NCBI RefSeq assembly: GCF_963921235.1
Contig: NC_086129.1
Coordinates: 42,098,001-42,162,000, forward strand
Direction: 5' to 3'
Length of the DNA: 64,000 nt
Source: Mobula hypostoma
Taxonomy: Eukaryota
Shown here: piece after piece, positions 46,716-59,294 of the stretch
Position numbering within the stretch: position 1 is the stretch's first letter
Layout of the letters: each line of letters opens with the position of its first letter
Notes under the pieces: model-generated
What the model was told of the DNA's origin: nothing
The model's input: the letters and a program-made list of their open reading frames with translations, nothing else
Databases searched by the model: none
Program-made: the position numbers and the translations under genes

Positions 46716-49700
46716 TTTGATAATCCAGAGAAGTATGGATAGATAAAGGATGAGGCCAAGGAAGGCAATACAAATGACCTTAGGTAATGAATTATCTGAA
46801 ACTGGGAGAATGGAGATGGGCAAGAAAACACATAGGCTGTTCTCAACACTCAGATGCAAAAAGTGAATGCTCAACAAGAAGCCCACAAGAAACTACCTGA
46901 ATGATGAAATGCTGTCACTATCCACTTCCGTGTCTGCTGGACTAAGAACTACCAACAGAGTTAATTGACAGTGAATGCAGAACTCCTCCACCAAGGAAAT
47001 TATACCGCCAGTGAAAGTGGAGTCCCACAACAGAGGGACTCACTTTCCTTGTCTTCACTTCCAGTGCGGTCGAACCAACCTTTGCTGACTGTGGAAGATT
47101 GATGTCCCTCACCTTAAATAGGTAGTGGGAGAGCTGGAAGTGGAGGCATTGCCAAAAAGCCTAAAACAGCATTGATAATAATAAATAATAAAGAGTTTTG
47201 AAGTCTTTTGCAATGATCTCTAAACCAACAATCTGCCCGGATGCTCCACTACAGGGTTGTTTCAGAGGACATTCAGACAGAGATTTAGCACATAATGAAT
47301 GGTGGTAACAAGGGGCTGTAGATAATCAGAGTTAAGAGGAGGGAGATGCTGTTCCCACCCTGGAAACATTTAATTTTGTCCACGGTACGCTGTCCTCTCC
47401 TATCAGATTTCTCCCTCTTCAGCCCTTTAACTCTTTCACCTATCAAATTGCAGATTCTCACATCATCCCCTCTCCCCCTCCCATCCACCTTCTCTCTCAC
47501 CTAGTCTCACCTGTCACCTGCCAGCTTGTATGTGTTTTCTTCCCCACCCCCATCTTCTTATTCTGGCTTCTGTCCCCTTCCTTTCCAGTGCCGATGAAGG
47601 GTCTTGGCCTGAAACATCGACCGTTTATTCCCCTCCATGAAGAGACTTGCTGAGATCATCCAGCATTTTGTGTGCATTGCTCAAGGTCTCCAGCATCTGC
47701 TGGATTTCTTGTGTTTGTATATTGTGTATGTTGCTCAGATATCTAGCACTGTAGATGGAGCTTCAGACTAATACTGGGGGCACGGCAGAAGTGCGTGGGT
47801 TTTTGAGAGCTGTAAAAGTTAGAAAGTTAGGTAGATAAAAGAGGTGAGTAAAATATATAACAATAACCAAATTGGATCAAGAAGGTACAGTGTACAAAAA
47901 TATGGGGAGGGGGGAACGTCGACTCAGACCATGAGAGGCCTGCGTCGCGCATTTTCAGGCCTTACAAGGCGCAGGCTGGAAGTCTGTGTGGGGCGCCACT
48001 CTTCATATGAGTGCACCTAAAATAGGGTTAAGGTTGGAAATGCAAAATGATAGGTTCTTCATATGAATGTAAAATGTGGAAAAAACTGATCAGGAAGTAA
48101 GCCATCAGCTGCAGTGAGCTATGACATTCCAGACACAAGCATGTACATGTCATGGAGTGTCTGGTAAAGAGCTAGTGTTCCTGCAACTTGGTTCCCGTGC
48201 ACTGTTATCCAGCTTCCCCTGAGTCTGCTGATCACCAGGATTATTTCCTGTGGGCGCAGGTTCCACATTCTCACCACTTGCTGGATAATGAATTGTTCTG
48301 AACTATATTTATCAGCGATTCCTTTATATTTCAGGCCACCGACATATCTGGGAGCATTGCCAAATGCAGACTATGACACCTTTCAGATTGCAGGAGCGGC
48401 CTGTAATTGTTGCACTCGCTGCCTCCAGTACGAAATGCTCAAGATATGATTTGGAACCTCTTGAGCACAGACTTAAATATGACTTGGGAGCAGGTAACCT
48501 AGATTGCACAGAAAGATCCCAGAGTTTCAGGAATCTTCATAAATAACCAGAGATTCCAGGGCAAACCCAGACTGTTTCCGCTCCAAACCACCAGAAAATC
48601 TCCACAAAATCTCTCAGTCAACTTTATCCAACTCACTCATAATCGACAAGATCTCCATCAGGTCAGTCTTTAGTCTTACCCCAGGATCCTATGAGCAACA
48701 GTGCAGAGATCCGGTCTGTATATCATCCTAGCTTAGAGGAGGGAATAGATCTAAAGTGAACGAGTTTGTGAATACGATAGGGTGAATTGTTAGGGCAGTA
48801 CAGTGGCATGCTATTGGAGCCAGTGCCTGACCGCGATGGAGACCTGGATTCAGTTCTGACCTTGAGTGCTTATCTGAGTGGAATTTGCACGTGCGTGGGT
48901 TTCCGGTTCATATTTTATTCATTTAGAGATAGAGCACGGTAGCAAGCCCTTCCAGCTCAAATAGCCCACACCACCCCCAAATACACCCATGTACCATATT
49001 AACCAACTGTTGTGACTGTGAACAAAGTTACTGGTGAGACACTGAAGCTGGTGATATAGAAGTCTTTTATTCAGCAAAAACAAGCAGACATCATTCTGGA
49101 GACACTCTTGGAAGTGGCTGTCTGATCCAATATTACATGACATTTTATATGCTAAAGATCAAAGGTAACAGCAGGACAATTCTATACTTACAATGCATTC
49201 CTAATGCTTCCTTTGCGTTGCAGATAATTTCAAACACCTGGAACTTCACACCTTCATATCCCAAATGAGAGTCAATCAGTGCTGTCTCCGAGCTGCATTC
49301 ATGCATATGCAGACATCTCAGATGAATGGGTGTTTCCTGGTTTGCAATCAACCCCAGCCCGCAGCTCCAGAAAGACCATTGTTCTGAGCTGCATTTTAAA
49401 CTCAATCTACAATCCACATTCAGATCTGAAGAAAATTAATATTTGGTATATTCCACAGCTCCAGAATACACCCTAACAACTACTAACTTGTATGCCTTTG
49501 GAATATGGGAGGAAACCAGAGCACCCAAGAGGTAACTAGAGCAAAGTAAAACCAAACATGGCCACAGGGAGAATGTACACTCTTTACAGACAGCAACAGA
49601 ATTGAACCCTACAGTACAGTAATAGAGTTAAGCTAACTGCCACACTACCATGCTGCTCACGTCATGAAAACATACAGGATGGTAGGTCAACTAGCTGCTG

Positions 49701-51479
49701 TAAATTTCCCCTAGTACACAGGTGAGTGGTAGAATCTGGAGAGATATGAAATGAATAAAGATTGGGATTAATGTAGAACTTGTTGAAATGGGTGACTGAC
49801 GGTTAGCATGGCACTCAGTGAGCTGAAGGTCCTGTTCCCCGTGTTGCAGGTTTCTATGACTCCTACTGTAGGAGAGAGAAAATCGATATGGGAGGTAGAT
49901 GGAGGGAGTGAGTGTGATGGAGTTCGTGAGAATAGGAGGGAGGGAGGCAAATGAAGTGTGGTGGGATGAGGAATGAGACCAAGGGTGCACGGAGAGCCAG
50001 GTGGCTGAAGTGAAGGAGTGAGTGTTGGAGCAAAGTTTGGGGTCGTGGTAGTGGAGTGAAGGTGTGAGGATTAAAGAAGGCGGGCATCTTGGAGCAAGAG
50101 AACTGGGGCAGGAGTACATGGAGAAATGAGAACGAGGGAAGTGAGGCTGACTGTAGGGTCCAACTGAGCTTGGCAGAAGTGGAGAAGGAGGGAGGGAGGT
50201 CAAAGCAACTCTGGCCCTCACTCTGCTCGCCTTCAGTTCTGTTTATCTCCCTCCAGCAGTTGTCACTACCTTAACCCTCCTCCCACCCCTCAACTTCTGC
50301 CCCTTTCTCCTCTTTTTTCCTCTCTGTCCTCATCTACCATCCACCCACCTGTCTCCCAACCACACCCCTCCCTCTCTCCTAGCTGGTTTCATCTGCCCCT
50401 CATTCAACCCCCTCCCTCACAGTTTATCAATCATCTTCACTCCCTTCACCGCTCTATACTGGATACCTCCTCTCTCCACTCTGTCCTAATGTAGGTCTTG
50501 ACCTGAAGCATCAACAACTTATCTCCTTCCCATGAATGCTGCCCAACCTGCTGAGTTCTCCCAGCAGATAGTTGTTTCAAATTTGAAGCATCTGCAGTCT
50601 CTAATGTCTCCCCTCATTCTGTGGCTAAACTCCAATGCAGTAGCAATCAGCGTTTCTTTTTTGATTCCAGCACTGGACTAATTATATCTACATCCTGTTT
50701 ATGTAATAAAAGTAGTGGCAAATGTCTCACTTGAGAAAGGCTGGGGTGGGGGTAGGTCTGAAGTTGGAAAGTCCAGCATGGAGCAATAACTTCCTTGTCC
50801 GGTGAGTCTCCGCTATTGGAAGGCAGTGTGAGCTAAACACAGAAGTCTGAGTTAAGGGTTTGGCTGATCACGTGGGGACCTGCAATAGTGTCATGCAGGA
50901 CGAGCAGTAACTGCTCAGTCAACTCTGAGCGTAAGTTTTAAAAACCTGCAGCAGAAGGAGTAATGCTAATGTTAATAATGGTGTTGGCAGTTGTAGAGGC
51001 AGCATGGTGGTGTGGTGGTTAGTGTAACGCTTTACAGTGCCAGCAGTCCGGTACAATTCCCATCGCTATCTGTAAGGACTTTCCGACTGAGTGAGTTTCC
51101 TCCCACATTCCAAGCACACAGATTAATTGGCCAAATAGGTGTAATTGGGCAGCTCATTGTTACTGTGCAATATCTCTAAATAAATAGATACATTGCACTC
51201 TATAATCCACCTGTTCCCTAGCAACTGGGTCATCCTCTGACTTCCTGTGTCTGTAACTAAACACTTCCATGTCTGTGACTGCCTCACAAAACAGGATCCC
51301 TCTGTTCCTCTGCAACTATTGCATAGAGTAACCATCAAATGGTTATACAGCATAAGTAAAGATTCAGAATTTGTTGGAGAGGGAATATTGTACTGAAGGA
51401 AGAATACCTCATCACAGGCCCCCAACATGATTCATCCACCAGTCTCTTAAAATTAAATTGACTGGTCAACTTTGATAGA

Positions 51480-52015
51480 GGCTTTTTCCCAGGGCTGAAA
51501 TGGCTAGCACAAGAGGGCATAGTTTTAAGGTGCTTGGAAGCAGGAACAGAGGAGATGTCAGGGGTAAGTTTTTTTTACGCAGAGAGTGGTGAGTGTGTGG
51601 AATGGGCTGCCGGCGGCGGTGGTGGAGGCGGAAACGATAGGGTCTTTTAAGAGACCCCTGGATGGCTACATGGAGCTTAGAAAAATATGGGTAAAGCCTA
51701 GGTAGTTCTAAGGTAGGGACATGTTCAGCACAGCTTTGTGAGCCAAAGGGCCTGTATTGTGCTGTATGTTTTCTATGTTTCTAACTTTTTTGAACTACAT
51801 TCCTCAACTGTGGAATTCAATACCTAAAACTATAAGGGATGCAGACTCAGTTGACATTTTTAAACGCCAGCTCAAAACCTATTTAATTTACCTTGCTTTT
51901 AATTAACATCTTTTTGTCTTCATTTTTATGTTTGCACTTTATTCTATTCAACAGCACTGTGGACTACATCATCTCTATGAGAAGTGCTCTGTAAATAAGT
52001 TATTACTATTATTAT
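51480..52015 (+). mobile_element. CR1 3' end nested before an L2-type 3' end with (TAT)n tail
   Basis: CR1 3' UTR with TTTCTATG tail at about 51770-51783, then an L2-like tail ending AAATAAGTTATTACTATTATTATT. Confidence 0.65.
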
Positions 52016-52019
52016 TTTA

Positions 52020-52725
52020 TTTTTTCTCAGTTCAAGCTGGTAAAACCTGAGGTATGGGCATAGCCAAGCACACTCATTTCTCAATTGTTAGGAACTTCCG
52101 GGGGAAGTTCCTAACTAATACTAAACACCACTATTCCAGTGGTGTTTAGTATTGTGGCTTTCTGAAGACTTACATAAATATTGCTGTGTAGGCCTAATTG
52201 TTTAACGCTATTCTCTAGTGACTTTGGGATGATACCAGTTGTAGACATTACTATTGGGACAATGTATACCCTGTTCATATTCCAAAGTCTTTCAGTTTCC
52301 TCTTTTAGTTGAGCAGATTGCTAGTGTTTTTCACTTAGTGATTTCTGTATGTTATGTACCTGTATGTTTGGAAAGGCTATATTTATTATGTAAGTTGTTC
52401 TTGCTTGTTTGTCCTGTAATATTATATCCAAATGGTTATTATGGATTGTCCTATCTGTAATAATGGATCAGTCGTAATGTAATTTGTAGGACTCTGACTC
52501 TAAAACTGGATCAGGCTTGTATTTATAGTAAGGTATGGAGTCTTTTATGAGTTTGTATTTTAAAGCCAGATTTTGGTAAATGGTGTTTGCCACTTGATTG
52601 TGCCTATGTAAGTAATCAGATTGGGTTAAACTGCTATAGGATCCTGTATTGTGTTGGATTGTTTCCGGTTTCTCTTGGCATTTTCTGCCTTTATTGTCTT
52701 GAATTTGTTGGTCTTTTATTATTAT
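52020..52725 (-). mobile_element. R4/Dong (Rex6-like) non-LTR retrotransposon 3' fragment with restriction-enzyme-like endonuclease domain
   Basis: One frame, two stops: GRKCQEKPETIQH..YLHRHNQVA..PYYKYKPDPVLES..SIITDRTIHNNHLDII..EK..LKEETERLW..VYIVPIVMSTTGIIPKSL..LGL..LQKATILNT. This is a decayed CCHC knuckle plus PD-(D/E)xK layout. Confidence 0.85.
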
Positions 52726-54245
52726 ATTATGATCATTTTTATTATTATTTTCTGGAACCTACAGAAAGTGACAAGGGGATGAGTTTAGTTAAAAATACAG
52801 TAACATGTAATATAATGCATAACAAGCAATATGCTACTATTTATCACTCAACTTGTTTATTTTCATCCTAGGTTCTCTTTTCATGAGTTTTACCAGATCC
52901 TGATGTTTCAAAGTAAGTAACTCTTTTGTGTCTATAACTGGGATAAGTGTGACGATGTAACTAGGTTCGACTCTGTGACTAACTAGCTTCTCTGAGTGCA
53001 CAAGTATTTCTTCATCCATGTCTCAATTTCTGAAAAATAAATAATGTATTTGCAAGACACGCAAAATGCTGGAGGAACTTAGGAAGTCAGGCAGCGTCTG
53101 GGGGGGGGGGCGGGAAATGAACTGTCAATGTTTCGGGCCGAGACCCTTCATCAAGACTGGAAAGGAAGGAGGATGAAGCCAGAAAAAGAAGATGGGGGGG
53201 GGGATGAGAAGGAATACAAGCTGGCAGGTGATAGGTGGAACCAGGTGAGGGGGAAGGTAGGTGGGTGGGGGAGGGGGCGATGAAGTGAGAAACTGGGGGA
53301 TGATAGATGTCATAGGTAAAGGGCTGAAGAAGGAAACTGACAGAAGAGGAGAGCGGACTTTTGGAGAAAAGGAAGGAGGAGGGGCAGCAGAGAGAGGTGA
53401 TTGGTAGGTGAGGAGAAGGAAGGGGGTAAGAGTGGATCCAGAATGGGAAATAGAAAAAGAGAGATGAGGGAGAGGGGAGAAATTATAGAGAAATCAATAT
53501 TCATACTGTCTTAATTACTTCTTCATGCTGGTGTGAATTATTGATAACTCCATCATAAACATAACAACATTTTTTCTTCAACTCTTGATCTAGGCTATCA
53601 GTCCACAAGAACTTCCCAACTCCGCTGCTTTATCCAAGAGGTCAACTCTTGGACAAAGAGCGGGAATAGGAAATTTCACTATGGGGGTCATCAGCCAAAT
53701 GAACCCAATCCTGAGGCAAGGATATTCACACCTCCAGTGGGAAAGTGGCATTTCGAATATCAAATGTGTCAAGATTTATGGCCAATCTTCCCTCCTTTGT
53801 CTTTTTGAATATATTCTTTGTTTGGTATCTGGGTAAGTACAGCAACTATTTATCAGCCTTACATATCCTTCAAGCACTGTCATCCTAACCGTGATCTTCT
53901 CTGATTGTTATTGAAGAGGAAGTTACATGATTTAGATCCAGCAATAATGAAAGAGTGATATACAACTTCAATGTGCATTTGGAGGTAGTGATTTCCCATG
54001 TGCTGGAAACCCTTGGAGTAGAGGTCACAGGTTTAGAAGGTGCTGATGCAGTAACCCAAATGAGTAAGCAGAGGATTCAAATGACAGCCACTATATGCTG
54101 CTAGTAGAGTTAGGTTGATAGTGTGGAATCTGTTGAGCAGAGGGCTATCTCCTGGGTGCTGCTAAACTGTTCTCATCTAGGTAAGTGAAGAGTATGCCAT
54201 TGCACTTCTGACTTGTGCCTTCTGGGTGGTTGAAAAGCTTTAGGG

Positions 54246-54324
54246 CAGGGGTTCCCAACTTTGTTATGTCATGGACCCCTACCATTAACCAAGGGATCTG
54301 AGCACCCCAGGTTAGGAACCCCTG
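54246..54324. mobile_element. hAT-type MITE, 79 bp
   Basis: TIRs CAGGGGTTCC/GGAACCCCTG; perfect 8-bp target-site duplication CTTTAGGG; same family as 15863-15942. Confidence 0.85.
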
Positions 54325-56164
54325 CTTTAGGGAGTCAGGAGGAGAGTGGCTCACCACGGATTACCAGTGCTTTGACCTACTCTTATATGTCCCATATTTA
54401 TGTGGTTGGTGAAGTTGGATGCCAGGATGTTGATGAATTCCGTGTTTGGAATGGCTGTGAACTGTGGATGGTCGTTGACGCAAACGATGCGTTTCACTGT
54501 ATGTTTCGATGTACATGTGATAAATAAATGTGAATCTGAATCTCTCTTGTCCACATTCAATATTATGCTCTTTTGCTGACTGATTGTGAAGGAAACTGAA
54601 CATTGTGCATTTATCAGGGAAAATCCCCACTGCTGACTTTATGATAAAAAGGCCAGTAATGAAGAAGATTATTTTCAGAAGCAGCAGGTAACGGTTGGGT
54701 GTAGGGCCTGAGAAAGTCTTGCTGCAATATTCTAGGGGCGAGAATTATTAATCATATCTTCTATTCAGGAAAAGTATAATTCCAACCACCAGTCATTATC
54801 CCTTTGGTCCCTACTAGCCAGTTTTATCAAGGGTCCTTGATGCCACAGTTGATATCAAGGACAGTCACTCTTATTTTCACCTCTGGGATACAGCTCTCTG
54901 ATTTGTCCATTGGTGAAGGTGTGAGAGGTCTGGAGTTCAGAAGATTGAGTGGAACTCAAACTGGGTACTGGTGAGAAGTCTCTAGTAAGTTGGTGCCACA
55001 TAAGAGCACCAGATAATCTGCTGGAAGAACTCAAAGTTCGAGCAGCATGAGGAAAGGAATTGTTGACATTTCGAGTTGAGACCTTGTATCAAGACTGATA
55101 TCACTGTCAATAGCTTGTTCTTTCAGACAGTGGTGACTGAGAGTGGACTAACTGGGCTGCAGCTAGATAGTGGCTGGCTCCGTTATGGAGCCAGAGCTGG
55201 TCAAGAAATCCCCAGGGTGATTTGAAAACATCCTTCACATTCCTTCACTTCTGTCCTTTCCAGTAATTTTAATAATTCAAGCACTGATGACCCTACCTTT
55301 GGTTATCAATGCTCTGCTCTAGAATCTTTCCAAAAAATTCTCTGTCAGTCTATCTATTTCCCTTTCTTTTTCTACACTCTTAAAGAGTTGATTAAAAATC
55401 AGCCTCTGAACAACTTACTGATACCATTGTTCCTTCCATTGGTGGTGGGTGCCACTGCATTCCCAACATTTATTGGCCATCCCAAATTGTCCTTGAGAAT
55501 ATGGGGATAAATTGACTTCCTGAACCACTGGTGGTAGTATAGTGACAATTATCCCACGGGCCTGATAAGCAGGAAATACAGACATGGATACAGTGCTAGT
55601 ACAGGGTCAACAACACAATTCCAAATTAATGGTGGGCCACGAGGAGATGATGCCATTCCTATGCACCTGCTGCTCTTGTTGTAAAAGTTACATGTTTGGG
55701 AAGTGCTGTCAAAGTTATTAGACTGCATATTTAGATAGCACATACACTGCCCAGAGGAGTGGAAGCTCAGAATGGTGAATGGGTTGGCAAGGAAGTGGGC
55801 TAATTTCCTCTGGATTGTATCAAGTTTCTTGAATGTGGTTGGAACTGCACTTCATCAAAGAAGTGGAACGCATTCACACACAATTCTGACTTGCCAATCA
55901 TGAAAGATAGCAAGTCTCCAGGAGTAAGGATTTGCATCACTCATCATACCATACTCAGCCTCTAACTGCTCTTGTAACCACTGTTTTCATCCTTCTGTAG
56001 GCATTCAGTTCTTTGTGCAATTTTATTCTTGTAAAGAGGCTTGGGGTATTTTTTACTATGATGAAGGTAGTTTATAAATGTAATAAGATGAATGGAAGAC
56101 AACTTTGCCATCTATTATTCCCCAAGGTACCTTGTAAATGAGTTGTTACCGTCTATTATAAGAG

Positions 56165-57185
56165 CATAAGACCATAAGACATAGGAGCAGAATTAGGCCA
56201 TTTGGCCCATCGAATCTGCTCCACCAATCATGGCTGATCCTCTTTTTCCCTCTTCTGCCCTACTCCCTGGCTTTCTCCCCATAGCTTTTGATACCATGAT
56301 CTAATCAAGAACCTATCAATCTTTGCTTTAAATACACCAATGACCGGGTCTCCACAGCTGCCTGTGGTAACAAATTCCACAAATTCACCACCCTCCGGCT
56401 AAAGAAATTTCTCCGCATCTCTGTCTTAAATGGATGCCCCTCTATCCTGAGGCTGTGCTCACAACACACTGGAGGATTTTTGAAAGATCATTACTAATGC
56501 TTCCACAATCTCTACCTCTACCACTACCTCTTTCAGAACCTAGGATCAAGTTCATCTTGTCCGGGTGACTTATGTACCTTTTGGTCTCTCAGCTTTTTGA
56601 GCACCTTCTCCCTTGTGTTAGTAACTGCACTCACCTCTCTTCCCTCACACCCTTCAACACCTGGCACACTGCTAGTGTCTTCCACAGTGAGGACTGATGG
56701 AAAATACTCAATTAGTTCATCTGCCATCTCCTTGTCCCCCGTTATTATTTCTCCAGCCTCATGTTCAAGCGGTCCTATATCCATCTCATCTCTCTTTTAT
56801 TTTTTATATACTTGAAAAAGCTTTTTCTGCCCACCTTGATATTGTTGCTAGCTTCCTTTCATATTTCATCTTTTCCCTCCTAATGATTCTTTTAGTTGCT
56901 CTCTGTAGGTTTCAAAAGCTTCACAATCCTCCATCTTTCCACTAATTTTTGCTTTGTTGTATGCCCTCTCTTTTGCTTTTACATTAGCTTTGACTTCCCA
57001 TGTCAGCCACAGTTATACTATATTACTATTAGAGTATTTCTTCATTTTTGGAATACATCTATCCTGCACCTTCCTCATTTTTCCCAGAAACTCACGCCAT
57101 TGTTGCTCTGCTGTCATCCCTGCCAGCATCTCCTTCAAATTTACTTTGGCCAACTCTTCTCTCAAACAACTGTAATTCCCCTTTA
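56165..57185 (-). mobile_element. CR1 LINE fragment with large internal deletion
   Basis: The 3' tail joins at about 56460 to the pre-RT region (GPLEHEAGEIITGDKEMADEL); the RT core is missing. Confidence 0.8.
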
Positions 57186-57599
57186 CTGCACTGAAATACT
57201 GCTAGGTCAGACTTTACTTCCTCCCTATCAAATCTATCAAACTCATTCTCCAAGGCGCCCTGTAAATGAGTTGTTTGATCAGTAAAAATGGTTGATTTGG
57301 ATTGAAAGAATGCCACAACCAGGAGTCTTTGTTGTCCCTGACAAGCACAGCCAAACGTGGTTGTATGAGCGTGGGCTAGGTTCATTCCCTTAGTGGATAA
57401 GTATGTTGAATGGACTGTGAGAAAACAAAACTGGGTAAGGAAATGGATTCCCACTCTTGATTAGAAAGATTGGTTCCCAAAAGGTACATTATTGAGGTTT
57501 GGAGTGATACCAGTAATTTAATTCTGGGAAGGAAATGATGAGTGTTAAAGAGAGCTGATGAGATCAGAATATATTGAAGGTGTTCTTTCACAGATAGCC

Positions 57600-57800
57600 A
57601 GCCGGTGGCATAGTGGCATCAGCGCCGGACTTTGGAGCGAAGGCTCCCGAGTTCGAATCCAGCTGGCTCCCTTGCACTTTTCCATCCGTGCTGGGTTGAG
57701 CGTCGAGCTAGCAACTCGTAAAAATAAGAAAGCCTGCTAAAAAAAACGCCAGCACGACAGCGTCCCGATGACTCCACTCGGAGTTAAGGGCTTTTTAAAA
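57600..57800 (+). mobile_element. SINE with tRNA-like head (TTG, Gln-like anticodon position)
   Basis: A box TGGCATAGTGG, CTTTGGA loop, B box GTTCGAATCC, followed by about 130 nt of non-tRNA body. Confidence 0.6.
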
Positions 57801-59294
57801 AATTTCTTTCACAGAACTTTAACCAGTTTGCTCTCTATTGATGCTGCAGAGTACTCCTAGCTCTTTATGCTTCTGCATAAGATTGTTGCTATAGTTTTAT
57901 TATTGATTGACATGATTACTTCCTGGGGAGGAGAGATGTAGGGAGGTCTGGTGTGTAAGTGAAAGTCAGAGAAGTATTAATAGATGATTTAGTACGGCTT
58001 ATAAGTTACTGAGGGTGAAGGAGAGAGATCAATAGATCTGATGATTTCTGGGAGGGAATGGAAGACTGTCATGGAGACATCAATATATAGATTAGTCCCC
58101 AGAGGAAAAATATTGTGAGTTACAGAGGAATCAAAAGATCAGTTAATTTCCATGCTGGAATCATTGAGGGATAGAGAAAGACCACTTGGTTAGATTATTT
58201 CTGGGAATGAAATGGTTAAAGAGATATCGTTAAATGCCAAGTGAGTGACTGGAACCAATTTATGTGGAATGTGGAAGGAGTTAGATTAATGGCTGAGTGC
58301 CTAATATTTATTTTAAGCTTTCACAAATCTTTATTGAATTACCATGATAATTATAATCAGATTCTACTTTCATAATCCAAACAGCATATGGAAAAAGCAT
58401 GCAGACAATTTAGCAATTCTGAGTGCAAATTCCCTTTTATTTATTGAATTTTTGGGACTGACTGCAGTCAATGAAAAATTTCATCGCAACATTTCTCAAT
58501 AAGACCCTTCACTAGAATTTCTGCTGTGTGGATAGCTGCACAAAAAGGCAACATCGGTCTTCTTCTTGAGTTACTGAGTTACTGTTGAAGCTGGCATTCT
58601 CATAGTGAGCAACACAAACAAAATGCTGGAGGAACTCAACAGGTCAGGCAGCATCGATGGAGGAAAATGTGTATTGACCCAAATTTCCAGTATGTGCGGT
58701 CTCTCGTGTCTTTGTACTCTCATAATGATGGCACAGCAGTGTAGCATAGCGGTTAACACAACAGCGATCACCATTCAGGGTTCAATTCCCGCCACTGTCG
58801 GTAAGAAGTTTGTACATTGTCCTGTGACTACAGGTGTTCCTTCCACATTCCAAAGATACGGGTTAGGGTTAGTAGGTTGTGGTCATGCTATGTTGGTAGC
58901 AGAAGTATGGCGACCCTTGTGGGCTGGCTCCCACCCCAGAACAACACATTTCACTGTATGTTTCAATGTGACAAATAAAGCTAATCATTAAATCTCTATG
59001 ATGCCAAAAGGTCCTTTTACAGCTTACCGTCAAATAGGAGTTAAAATTGCAACTACTCTCCCAGACCAGCAGATGGAAAGCAAAAAAAAACCTACAAATG
59101 CTGGAAAGGGGCAGCACAGTAACATAGCGGTTAGCACAAAGCTTTACAGTACCAGTGACACATGTTCAATTCCTGCCGCTGCCTGTAAGGAGTTTGTACG
59201 TTCTCCCTGTGACAGTGTGGGTTTCTTCCGGGTGCTCTGGTTTCCTCCCACAGTCCAAAGCCATACAGTTTGGTAGGTTAATTGGGCATTATAA

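Noticed and set aside
48680-48726. Candidate exon 1 with strong donor G|GTAAGA (RISALLLIGSW in the phase-1 frame)
   Set aside because: The hydrophobic frame has an upstream TGA and no ATG; the ATG frame is phase 2.
50731-50779. Candidate SCN2B exon 1 (ATG...A|GTGAGA, phase 1, MLDFPTSDLPPPQPFS)
   Set aside because: Correct phase and a good donor, but no hydrophobic signal-peptide core.
52872-52912. Plus-strand 41-bp segment with good acceptor and GTAAGT donor
   Set aside because: No recognisable peptide and no partner exons; probably chance.
57600-57671. Possible tRNA-Gln gene
   Set aside because: Acceptor and anticodon stems pair poorly and the sequence continues into a SINE body; treated as a SINE head.
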